A model generated the notes under the pieces. The model did not search any database. It had not been told where the DNA came from and was given only the letters and a program-made list of their open reading frames with translations. From NCBI RefSeq assembly GCF_001194135.2, contig NC_069005.1:20477839-20517962 (forward strand): a stretch of DNA of 40,124 bases, read 5' to 3'. Shown one piece after another: positions 1 through 10,244 of the stretch (its first letter is position 1; the number at the start of each line of letters is the position of its first letter). The position numbers were made by a program, and so were the translations under genes. This stretch comes from Octopus bimaculoides. Taxonomy: Eukaryota.

Positions 1-78
1 ACCAGATGTGCCATCAAAACTCTTGATTGGACCATGTCAGGTGGGGGAGAAGAGCCATGCAAGGAACGTGAAAATCAC

Positions 79-130
79 GGTGGTGCACCAGCATGACCGC
101 AGCCACTTGGCTGAAACAAAAATAAATAAA
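79..130 (+). mobile_element. SINE 3' tail remnant
   Basis: ggtggtgcaccagcatgaccgcagcc…ctgaaac plus an A-rich tail. Resembles the ggcggtgctccagcatggccgcagtc…ctgaaac tail of the abundant SINE family A elsewhere in the window. Confidence 0.5.
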
Positions 131-208
131 TATATATATATATATATATACATGCATACATACATATATATATATGTATATAATTAAATGGAGAAACAAA
201 CACACAAG

Positions 209-253
<45 letters not shown>

Positions 254-780
254 TAAATAGATAAATAGATATGCATGCACACATAGACAAATATTAAGTC
301 TGGAGAATATATATTATGAAATTATTAATTGAAATAACGTTACATGTGTTTCAGTGACCACTGACGTTTATGTTAACAGAACATATATGTAGTTTTGGGA
401 TGTGTGTGTCTGTGTGTAAGTTTGTTTTATTTCACATCTATTTTTCTATATTCATATTGGTTGGGCAAATATGTTATTTGAGGCATCACTTTCTATTTCC
501 CAGGCCCACTCTGTACAAAAATTCTCCTGTATACCTGTCACATACAAAGGCTACCTTCAAAGTTAGCTTACCTCTGATCTCACTACACCTCTTGTGCATC
601 TGTTGTTTACACAGGGATCACTATGGAGTTTCTGCAAACTTGTTTTCTACATACCAAGCTTGACCATTTCCCTGATGTCATCAGAGTCCTGTCTTCTTTT
701 CTAGTTAATCTAACTTTAGTCTTGGTTAAGCTTACTTTAAGATTCATGTCTAGGATTTCTTTTCAAATCTTCCTGCAAGG

Positions 781-950
781 TGCAGACATAGCCGTAGTGG
801 TAAGAAGCTTGCTTCCCAACCACATGGTCCCAGGTTCGGTCCCAAGTTCAGTCCCACTGCATGGCACCTTGGGCAAGTGTCTTCTACTATAGCTTTGGGC
901 TGACCAAAGCCTTGTGAGTGGATTTGGTAGATGGAAACCGAGAAACCTTT
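781..950 (+). mobile_element. tRNA-derived SINE family A, 5' half
   Basis: A-box-like agccgtagtggtaag and B-box-like ggttcggtccc/agttcagtccc, then ggcaccttgggcaagtgtcttctactatagc…gccttgtgagtggatttggtaga, shared with more than 8 copies in the window. Confidence 0.85.
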
Positions 951-970
951 CATATATATATATATATATA

Positions 971-1196
971 TGTTAGGGACGACCGTGCGAACTCAAAAAA
1001 GGAGCAATGGTGACGAATGGAAAAACAGGACTCCTTTTATTTAAACGAGTCACACGGTCGAACACAAAATATATATATCAATGGATGATATAGATGATAT
1101 GTTATACGTCGATAACATAGATGACCAGTAATGAAAGACCACAACCGTATTAGATGAATAACAGATATATTTATTGTAGCGTTAAAGATGTATGTC
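971..1196 (-). mobile_element. Probable LTR end (LTR retrotransposon), truncated by an N-gap
   Basis: Begins abruptly with TGTTAGGGAC after (TA)n, which reads …CA on the minus strand. Has a minus-strand AATAAA (tttatt near 1037) and CpG-rich composition. (TA)n resumes after the gap. The other end is not visible. Confidence 0.4.
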
Positions 1197-2006
1197 NNNN
1201 NNNNNNNNNNNNNNNNNNNNNNNNNNNNNNNNNNNNNNNNNNNNNNNNNNNNNNNNNNNNNNNNNNNNNNNNNNNNNNNNNNNNNNNNNNNNNNNNNNNN
1301 NNNNNNNNNNNNNNNNNNNNNNNNNNNNNNNNNNNNNNNNNNNNNNNNNNNNNNNNNNNNNNNNNNNNNNNNNNNNNNNNNNNNNNNNNNNNNNNNNNNN
1401 NNNNNNNNNNNNNNNNNNNNNNNNNNNNNNNNNNNNNNNNNNNNNNNNNNNNNNNNNNNNNNNNNNNNNNNNNNNNNNNNNNNNNNNNNNNNNNNNNNNN
1501 NNNNNNNNNNNNNNNNNNNNNNNNNNNNNNNNNNNNNNNNNNNNNNNNNNNNNNNNNNNNNNNNNNNNNNNNNNNNNNNNNNNNNNNNNNNNNNNNNNNN
1601 NNNNNNNNNNNNNNNNNNNNNNNNNNNNNNNNNNNNNNNNNNNNNNNNNNNNNNNNNNNNNNNNNNNNNNNNNNNNNNNNNNNNNNNNNNNNNNNNNNNN
1701 NNNNNNNNNNNNNNNNNNNNNNNNNNNNNNNNNNNNNNNNNNNNNNNNNNNNNNNNNNNNNNNNNNNNNNNNNNNNNNNNNNNNNNNNNNNNNNNNNNNN
1801 NNNNNNNNNNNNNNNNNNNNNNNNNNNNNNNNNNNNNNNNNNNNNNNNNNNNNNNNNNNNNNNNNNNNNNNNNNNNNNNNNNNNNNNNNNNNNNNNNNNN
1901 NNNNNNNNNNNNNNNNNNNNNNNNNNNNNNNNNNNNNNNNNNNNNNNNNNNNNNNNNNNNNNNNNNNNNNNNNNNNNNNNNNNNNNNNNNNNNNNNNNNN
2001 NNNNNN

Positions 2007-2049
<43 letters not shown>

Positions 2050-2271
2050 ATGTGTGTGTGAGTGTTTGTGTATGTGTGTGTGTGGGTGTCTCTATTTATC
2101 CCCCCACCACTACCACCACTACAACTTTACAAACAGTGTTAGTGTGGTTACATTCCTGTAATGTAGCAGACTTTTAAAAAAAGAGTGCTAGAGGGGATAG
2201 GGATTCATTTTGACTAAAATTCAAGGTGATGCTCTAGCATGGCAACAGTCTAATGACTGAAACATATAAAA

Positions 2272-2680
2272 GATTCTGCTATAAGGACTAGATCATCTAC
2301 ATACAGGAGTTCTCATGGACAGCCAGTCTTAAACTCCACTGTTATATCTTGAAGGACTACTAAACAGGAGAGGGCCGAGGACAAAGACCTGATGGATTCT
2401 TACCCTTACATGAGATTTTTAACTATATTCACTGTTAACTTTTAACTTATTGAATAGCCCTTTGCATATAGTTTGTATGATTTTTACTAGCCATTCATCT
2501 ACACCTAGCTTCCTTAGTACCCACCAAACAAAAGGGCACAGAACTCTGTCAAAGACTTTTCCTTGTCTTCAAATGTCCGGTGTATGGACTTACCTCCTTG
2601 CTAGATATTTTTCCAGTGGTTATATCTGTATTTCCCCTTCTTGGAAGAAAACAATACTATGTCTTATCTAGGCTAATCCT
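2272..2680 (-). mobile_element. Decayed RTE-clade LINE, reverse transcriptase fragment
   Basis: Minus-strand remnants EKYLAR…FDRV…LRKLGVDEWLVKIIQ…IHQ…PLLF…, homologous to the RT segment at 14670-14910. Confidence 0.75.
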
Positions 2681-3165
2681 GACCCTGTCATTATTTGTAT
2701 GTATGCATGCAAAAATGCATATATAGCATGTATGTATATACATACACATACATACATACATATATATGTGTGTGTGTATTTGTGTGCATATATATATANN
2801 NNNNNNNNNNNNNNNNNNNNNNNNNNNNNNNNNNNNNNNNNNNNNNNNNNNNNNNNNNNNNNNNNNNNNNNNNNNNNNNNNNNNNNNNNNNNNNNNNNNN
2901 NNNNNNNNNNNNNNNNNNNNNNNNNNNNNNNNNNNNNNNNNNNNNNNNNNNNNNNNNNNNNNNNNNNNNNNNNNNNNNNNNNNNNNNNNNNNNNNNNNNN
3001 NNNNNNNNNNNNNNNNNNNNNNNNNNNNNNNNNNNNNNNNNNNNNNNNNNNNNNNNNNNNNNNNNNNNNNNNNNNNNNNNNNNNNNNNNNNNNNNNNNNN
3101 NNNNNNNNNNNNNNNNNNNNNNNNNNNNNNNNNNNNNNNNNNNNNNNNNNNNNNNNNNNNNNNNN

Positions 3166-3345
3166 CATCGCTTGACAACCGATGCTGGTGTGTTTACGTC
3201 CCCGTAACTTAGCGGTTCGGCAAAAGAGACCGATAGAGTAAGTACTAGGCTTACAAAGAATAAGCTCTGGGGTCGATTTGCTCGACTATAAAGGCGGTGC
3301 TCCAGCATGGCCGCAGTCAAATAACTGAAAAGAGTAAAAGAGAGA
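3166..3345 (+). mobile_element. SINE family A, 3' half
   Basis: catcgcttgacaaccgatgctggtgtgtttacgtccccgtaacttagcggttcggc…ggcggtgctccagcatggccgcagtcaaa…gagtaaaagag. Confidence 0.85.
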
Positions 3346-3667
3346 GCAAAGAGTATTACTCCATTACAAAAAACTGTAATCATCAGATGAAACGTAATTT
3401 TACAAACAAAAGAATATCCCAAGAATACAGCAGGGATGTGGCTGGAATCTGTCAAGGCCAACTATGAAATGGGATTTGGACCAGCCCCTAAGTGCTAAAT
3501 ACTCATAGGGTTGGTCTTCTCTGTGTACACAACCGGAATATACAATTTGATATTTACCGACCATAGGCCGGAACCACAGATTCATCCAACCTTACCTGGT
3601 GCATATCTTTTCAAGTACATGATTCTATCTGAATCCTTATTTTACTACATATAAATATAAAGATATA

Positions 3668-4274
3668 GGGCAGGGGATTGCCAATTAGTTAATAAAATTA
3701 ATAATTAATAATTTTGCCAAGTAGTTCAGTATGCAAAAAAACCTTTATCGGTAAAAACATTTATAATCATAAATATATAGGGGTCAGCATGAGTTGCTTC
3801 ACCAACATACTGAAAATTTAGAAATAGCAGTCAAAGAACTACTAATTCTAAACTACAATTTTTTCTCTAACGGATGGCGATATTTACGGCACACATAGAA
3901 CAAAAACAGAAGAGAAAATAAAAACAAACCTGCCTTTAGTTAATCATGTACAATGTTTCGTGATTAAGAATATAAAATTCATTCTTTTCCACTCTTCAGC
4001 ATGAAAATGCCCATATAAATCTGAAAATGCCCATATACTCATGGGTATTTGACCATGCGACATCAAAATCACATAAGGAAAGGCATTCACAAATTTATCG
4101 GCTAGTGAGTTCCTCATTTCTCCCCAAGAATTTATCCCATGTGCGCCACAAATAGTCCCGCAGAAAAAGGTTGCAGTTTAACCATCCAATAGAAGACATC
4201 TCCATTAGAGAAAAAATTGTAGTTTGGAATTAGTAGTTCTTTGACTGCTATTCCTAAATTTTCAGTATGTTGGT
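3668..4274 (-). mobile_element. Non-autonomous Penelope-like (hammerhead-bearing) insertion with inverted 5' arm and 18-bp TSD
   Basis: Identical 18-mers TATAAATATAAAGATATA flank it (3650-3667 and 4275-4292). A 74-bp inverted repeat sits at 3801-3874 and 4201-4274 (71/74 identical). An internal hammerhead lies at 3944-4004. The Penelope assignment is inferred from this architecture. Confidence 0.65.
3944..4004 (-). ncRNA. Minimal type I hammerhead ribozyme
   Basis: Minus strand reads TCATG-CTGAAGA-GTG-[gaa AAGAAT gaattttat ATTCTT aat]-CAC-GAAA-C-att-G-TA^-CATGA. Both core boxes are intact, the G10.1-C11.1 pair is present, helix I is 5 bp, helix II is 3+6 bp, helix III is minimal, and the NUH triplet is GUA. 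Confidence 0.8.
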
Positions 4275-4299
4275 TATAAATATAAAGATATATATGTGT

Positions 4300-4347
<48 letters not shown>

Positions 4348-4354
4348 AGAAAAA

Positions 4355-4940
4355 AGGGATTAAAAATTCAGGCAGATATCGATAAAGCACTCAGTTTTAA
4401 ATGAATTCGGTCAACTATATCAAATGAATAGACACCAATAAATGCAAGTAGAATAAACATCCAAGGTAATTCTTCATATAAGATGAATAAATCGAAATAT
4501 CATTTCGAAGAATTTTGAGAAATTCAGAGTAACACAGAGTAATAGAGAAAATCACATTTTTGATTGCTGAATTCACCATACAATGCTGACAATTGTTTCT
4601 GTTGTGTCAACATATTTTGTTATAGACAATATCATTCAAATTGATATATCCAAAAATACATGTTGACACAATGTTTTCAAGGTGATCCAAAATTTGTAAA
4701 ATTCAAAGTGAACTAAGAAAATATCTCTAGATGAACGTAAACAAAAAGAATGTTAAGAAGAAATGTATTCTAAGAAAAGCTTGTTTGGTATTCAAATTTT
4801 GGTGGCATCAATGGATAACAAAAGAATATAAAAAAATAAATGTATGAATTCTGCGTTATGACACTTATAAACATAGTTATTCACTCATGAAATATAGTGA
4901 ACATCATTGTCATCGTCATCGCCATCACCATCACCATCAC

Positions 4941-4985
<45 letters not shown>

Positions 4986-5247
4986 TTAATGTCTGTTTTC
5001 CATGGGTTGGACAGTTTGACTGAAAACTGGTAAGCTGGGGAGCTGCACCAGGTTTCAGTCTGCTTCAGTATGGTTTCTACAGCTGGATACCCTTCCTAAT
5101 GCCAACCACTCCATGCTTATTATATAACATATGAAAAGCAATTATAATTAAGAATTGAAATATTTAAAAACCTTTCAAAATTTGTGATAACATTTCATTG
5201 TAAAATTCCCATTAAAATTTAATAAAATTAATTTAGAAGTAATTATA
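4355..5247. repeat. Old local duplication, copy 1 (paralogous to 8095-8776), interrupted by an RTE tail and ended by a mariner insertion
   Basis: Colinear similarity by eye, roughly 70-75%. Shared blocks include caggcagatatc, aacatccaa-gtaatt, gagaaaatcacat, tgtgtcaacatattt, ttcaaagtgaact, aatgttaagaagaaat and gaagtaattata. Confidence 0.85.
4905..5112 (-). mobile_element. RTE LINE 3' tail with (GAT)n end
   Basis: Reverse complement of the 16080-16250 tail (ggagtggttggcattaggaagggtatccagctgtagaaacc…ccatggaaaacagacattaaatgatgatg). Confidence 0.85.
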
Positions 5248-6400
5248 TTGGGTTGGCAACTAAGGTCCCGCCGTTTTTTTAAATTTTGGAATTTATTGCG
5301 TTTTTAAATTTCGGAATCTATTTTTTTCGAGAATTCTATTTTTGAATCATTTTGGAATCTATTTTGTTTCTTTTCTAGTTAATTTAAGTCAATTTTTGTT
5401 TATTTTCAGATCATTAAAATGGAATGTCAAGTTAAGAAAAACGAGCATTTTCGACACCTCCTTCTTTTAGCTTTTAATCAAGGTTCTAAGGCCACAAAAG
5501 CTGCTCATGACATTTGTGCTGTGTATGGAGAGGGTGCCATAGCTGAAAGAACCACTCATGATTGGTATGCCAAGTTCAAAAATGGAAATTTTGACCTTAA
5601 AGATGCACCTTGTCCAGTTGAGTTTGATGAAGAGTGATTAAATCAACTTTTGCATGAAAATTCTCGTGAAACGACAAGGGAACTGGCAGAGAAAATGGAA
5701 TGCTCCCACACTGCTATAGAGAAGCATCTTCATACGATGGGAAAGGAGCACAGGTTCTGCATGCTTTAAGTGACAACAACAAAAATCAACGAGTCACAAT
5801 CTCCGCTAGTTTGCTTGCTCGTCATCGCTCAACTCATGGACACCAGCAACGATTTCTTTACCGAATCGTTACTGGCAATGAAAAATGGTGCCTGTACATC
5901 AATATGAAGCAGCGTAAGGAATGGCTTCATCCCGGTAAACAAGTGACACCGCGCGTGAAACAAGATCTTCATCCGCATAAAACGATGTTGTGCGTATGGT
6001 GAGACTGGGAATTGCTTGAACAGAACCAAACGGTCAATGCGGAACTCTATGTTCAACAGATGGAACGACTCAACATGGTTATTCAAGTGAAAAGACCTAA
6101 TCGGCAGCATAGAGTTCTTCTACTGCACGACAATGCCCGCCTGCATAATGCCAATATGACCAAGGGAGCCATTCAAATGCATGGCTGGGAAGTGCTGCCA
6201 CACATGCCGTACTCTCCTCATTTGGCACCAATGGATTTCCATCTCTTTTGATCTCTTTCAAATGCTATGCACAGAGTTTCGTTCAATACTGATACAGAAC
6301 TGAGAGCTTGGTTGGATCAATTTTTCGAGTCGAAATCGGGTGATTTCTACCAACGAGGTATTAAAAATCTAGTTGAACCTTGAGAAGAAGCTATAAACAA
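5248..6400 (+). mobile_element. Mariner (DD34D) transposon, decayed, 3' TIR missing
   Basis: TA followed by TIR TTGGGTTGGCAACTAAG. The broken ORF from 5419 has the HTH region (…AHDICAVYGEGAIAERTTHDWYAKFKNGNFDLKDAP), TGNEKW (first catalytic D mutated to N), HDNA…YSPHLAPMDFHLF with 34 residues between the Asps, and several stops and frameshifts. Confidence 0.95.
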
Positions 6401-6401
6401 C

Positions 6402-6850
6402 TTGTGATACCTTCTAATCTGCTGTGACTATGAGATACATAGCTGACCAACACCCCAGTCGGATCTTCAGAGAAGAGAACATGGTAAGCAGGACCCAAAT
6501 TGGAAAATTGAACAACATGGCCAAACAATCTAAGCTGGTGCTTCTAAGTCATACAAGTAACAGGACACATTCCAATTTCTGAGAGTAGTTGTTGTTTGGG
6601 GATGAAATCTGACCAAATGTATGTTATAACCCTGCAAAGTGTCCTGGTACCAAGGGAGTTCAAGTGGCTCCCTAAGTGTTTCAGACAGTGTCTGGGTCTC
6701 ACAACTATAGAGCAAGACTAGGAGGGCCAGAGACCTGAAGACCCAGACCTTTGTCTTCTTGCTAAGATATCAGCGGCACCAAACACCCTTGTCCAGTGGG
6801 TCCACAACTGCTCCAGCATGCCTAAGTTTTTTTTTATGACTTTGGACCCA
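6402..6850 (-). mobile_element. Decayed RTE LINE, RT C-terminal fragment
   Basis: Minus strand reads …YLSKKTKVWVFRSL…LLYSCETQTLSETLR…, matching the RTE motif TKxxxYxxLVxxxLLYGCETWTL. Confidence 0.75.
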
Positions 6851-6944
6851 TGGCTGACACAAACTTAATCAACACAATCAAGTGTAGGTGGGGGACAAAC
6901 AGATGCAAAGACACACACACACACACACACACACNNNNNNNNNN

Positions 6945-7084
6945 TTGCGTCTGCCAAATTCATTCACAAGGCTTTGGCTGGCCCAAGGCTATAGTAGAAG
7001 ACGATTTCCCAAGGTGCCACACAGTGGGACTGAACCCAGAGTCATGTGGTTTGGAAGCAAGCTTCTTACCACATGGCCACACCT
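6945..7084 (-). mobile_element. SINE family A, 5' half
   Basis: Reverse complement of the family A head (gtggccatgtggtaagaagcttgcttcc…gttcagtcccactgtgtggcaccttgg). Confidence 0.85.
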
Positions 7085-8094
7085 ATCCATTCTATAAGGG
7101 AAAACATCATATGTAGACAGTAGGTAGTTATTGTAATGATGTAGTGTTCATGGTGACGCGGGTGGCAGAGTTTGAGATGTTGATGATGATGATAGTGGTT
7201 GTGATGGTGATGTTTGTGGTAGAGATAATGGTGAGGGTGATGGCGATGGTATTGATGCTGGTGCTGGTGATGTTGATGGTAATGGTGCTGCTGGTGATGA
7301 CATTGATGGTTAGTCAGTGAGATTTCACTTCACAACACAGCAGCAGCTTCATAGTTTCAGACATTCCATAATATTGTGTTATATGGGAGGATAGTAGTAG
7401 AGGTTGGTGGAAAAAATAACTGTGGTAGAAACATAACACTCCCCCCCGTCTCCCCTCCCCCCACCGCCAAAGTGTCACAGCCAGACAAAACTATAGAAGG
7501 TCAAACTAGTTCTTTAACAGATGTCTCTCACACACATACACACGTATTTATACTCTGATATATATATATATATATATATANNNNNNNNNNNNNNNNNNNN
7601 NNNNNNNNNNNNNNNNNNNNNNNNNNNNNNNNNNNNNNNNNNNNNNNNNNNNNNNNNNNNNNNNNNNNNNNNNNNNNNNNNNNNNNNNNNNNNNNNNNNN
7701 NNNNNNNNNNNNNNNNNNNNNNNNNNNNNNNNNNNNNNNNNNNNNNNNNNNNNNNNNNNNNNNNNNNNNNNNNNNNNNNNNNNNNNNNNNNNNNNNNNNN
7801 NNNNNNNNNNNNNNNNNNNNNNNNNNNNNNNNNNNNNNNNNNNNNNNNNNNNNNNNNNNNNNNNNNNNNNNNNNNNNNNNNNNNNNNNNNNNNNNNNNNN
7901 NNNNNNNNNNNNNNNNNNNNNNNNNNNNNNNNNNNNNNNNNNNNNNNNNNNNNNNNNNNNNNNNNNNNNNNNNNNNNNNNNNNNNNNNNNNNNNNNNNNN
8001 NNNNNNNNNNNNNNNNNNNNNNNNNNNNNNNNNNNNNNNNNNNNNNNNNNNNNNNNTATATATATATATGCATATAATAGCTAAAAAGGATTAA

Positions 8095-8776
8095 TAAATC
8101 CAGGCAGATATCTAGAAAGCCCTCAGTGTTAAATAAACTTAGTTAACTAAACATGAAACAGTCAAATATCAATAAATTCAAATAGAATCAACATCCAAAG
8201 TAATTTCTCATGTATGACAAGTAAATCTAAATATCAAGAAACTCAGAGTATATGACAACAAAGGCAAAACTGGAGAAAATCACATCTTTAATTGATGATC
8301 AAACCATATATTTCTGTCAATCATTTCTTCTGTGTCAACATATTTAGATATAGTAAAAAAGGTATAAAATAGCAGTCAAATTAATACATCTCAAAATATA
8401 TGCTAACACAATGTTATCAAGGTAATCCAAAATGAGTTAAGTTCAAAGTGAACTGAAATAATATCTCCAATAAATGAATGTATACAGAAACAATGTTAAG
8501 AAGAAATATAATATTCTATGAAATGCCAGTTTAGTATTTAGACTAATGACATCAGTAGAATACAGAAAAATTAAAAAATAAACAGAAATTCTGTCATGAC
8601 ATTTAGTTATCTAGCTATTAAATATGCTAAAAAATTATTAGATTATAATTAAGCAATTATAATTAATGCATTATTTACTATCGAAATATTTAAATGTTTT
8701 TTTTCTATATTTATGAGAACATTTCAATGTAAGGTTGTTTCTACAATTGAATAATTCTAATTTTGAAGTAATTATA
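8095..8776. repeat. Old local duplication, copy 2
   Basis: Same shared blocks as 4355-5247. Lacks both insertions present in copy 1. Confidence 0.85.
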
Positions 8777-9240
8777 TAATACATTTCTTCTAGGCAAAGA
8801 TCACTTTTAAAATTACCACTAAGTGCATAACTAATAATGGACCACTTAATATCATAGCCAATTTTCCTGTCTTTTAAATGTTAAATGCATTTACTAAGAT
8901 TTGTAGAATTACATTTTTTTCTAAACTTAAATGAAGGAGAATGGTTATGTAATCTAAATTTCCAAATTGTAGCAGAAAAGAACCTATGTAAATATATCAA
9001 AAGGATGTGTTATAATACTATTCCACATATACAAAAACAGCCATACCAACAATCCAACATACCGCCATCATCAGCTACCCCACGGATATCATTATGATTT
9101 CGACATCTGGGCAGAACCATTCAATCCGGTGGTGTCAACAGCACTAAAATAAATGTTGTTTGGGAACAAACATACCAAAGAAACCACAACTTTCAAATAC
9201 ATTTACAACAGTATCGGTAAATAAATTCAATAAATTCATA

Positions 9241-9706
9241 GGCACAGGAGTGGCTGTGTGGTAAGTAGCTTGCTTACCAACCATATGCTTCTGGGTTCAG
9301 TCCCACTGTGTGGCACCTTGTGTCTTCTACTATAGTGTCTTCTACTATAGTGTCTTCTACTATAGTGTCTTCTACTATAGCCTTGGGGCGACCAAAGCCT
9401 TGTGAGTGGATTTGGTAGACGGAAACTGAAAGAAGCCCGTCGTAAATATGTATATATGTATATGTATATATATGTGTGTGGGGGTTTGTGTGTCTGTGCT
9501 TGTTCCCCCCAACATCGTTTGACAATCGATACTGGTGTGTTTAGGTCCCCATAACTTAGTGGTTCGGCAAAAGAGAGTAATAGAATAAGTACTAGGCTTA
9601 CAAAGAATAAGTCCTGGGGTCGATTTGCTTGATTAAAGGCAGTGCTCCAGAATGGCCACAGTCAAATGACTGAAACAAGTAAAAGAATAAAAAGAGTAAA
9701 GAGTAA
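9241..9706 (+). mobile_element. SINE family A, full length, with internal 4x15-bp tandem expansion
   Basis: Head ggcacaggagtggctgtgtggtaag, central (TA/TG)n, 3' half ending gactgaaacaagtaaaagaataaaaagag. TGTCTTCTACTATAG occurs 4 times at 9321-9380. Confidence 0.9.
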
Positions 9707-10065
9707 GTAAACCAATAACCAACTCCTGAATATGTAACTAAACTGTGACCAAACCTTTAAATCATACATTTTATTCCCTACAGTCTTCCATAGTATAATA
9801 TAAAAGTGAAAGCTTAATAACCACATTCATTCAATCTAAATATAGACAGGATTAAACACTAACTTTAAAATTAAACTAATTGTATGATTCTCTGCAATGA
9901 CCTTATTTTGGTACACTATAGTCTTCCTTAAACATGGATTTTCTAAAGGATACATAATTTTGTTTTTGAAATTGCAAAGGTGTATATTCACTTGTAAGTG
10001 GTACTTATATGGTTAAAGGAATTAGTGGACACCATATGATGTTGATGATTATCTGTGGAAGAAAC

Positions 10066-10243
10066 ATTGTTGTTGTTGGCACTCCGTCGCTTACGATGTC
10101 GAGGGTTCCAGTTGATCCGATCAACGGAACAGCCTGCTCGTGAAATTAACGTGCAAGTGGCTGAGAACTCCACAGACACGTGCACCCTTAACGTAGTTCT
10201 CGGGGGAGATTCAGCGTGACACAGAGTGTGACAAGGCTGACCC
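10066..10243 (-). mobile_element. SINE family B, 3' half
   Basis: Reverse complement of the 19350-19523 tail (…cacttgcacgttaatttcacgagcaggctgttccg…cgacggagtgccaacaacaaca). Confidence 0.9.
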
Positions 10244-10244
10244 T

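Noticed and set aside
455-700. TA-TTGGTTGGGCAAATA resembling a mariner TIR
   Set aside because: No partner TIR or recognisable transposase remnant found.
1154-2177. Long ORFs spanning N-gaps and microsatellites (also 2657-3461, 7521-8084, 27721-28422, 35189-35657, 39071-39718)
   Set aside because: Artefacts of N runs and dinucleotide repeats (poly-X, YIYI, CVCV, HTHT).
2404-2639. Apparent minus-strand exon 2639-2594 with good splice sites (ttcttccaag…GAG|gtaagt) and another donor at 2403
   Set aside because: Lies inside a decayed RTE RT fragment (EKYLA…FDRV…RKLGVDEWLV). The splice-like signals are coincidental.
3400-3628. 61-aa minus-strand ORF ending PHPCCILGIFFCL and a possible 33-nt exon (3628-3596, CAG|gtaagg)
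   Set aside because: No recognisable homology, weak acceptor and no phase-compatible partner exon found.
4355-4860. NUMT explanation for the duplicated segment, because TGA codons are shared between copies
   Set aside because: TAA/TAG stops remain under the invertebrate mitochondrial code and no mitochondrial protein motif is recognisable.
7135-7312. Gly/Asp-rich open stretch (DGDGIDAGAGD…)
   Set aside because: Degenerate (GRT)n triplet repeat with an in-frame TGA and no splice or start context.
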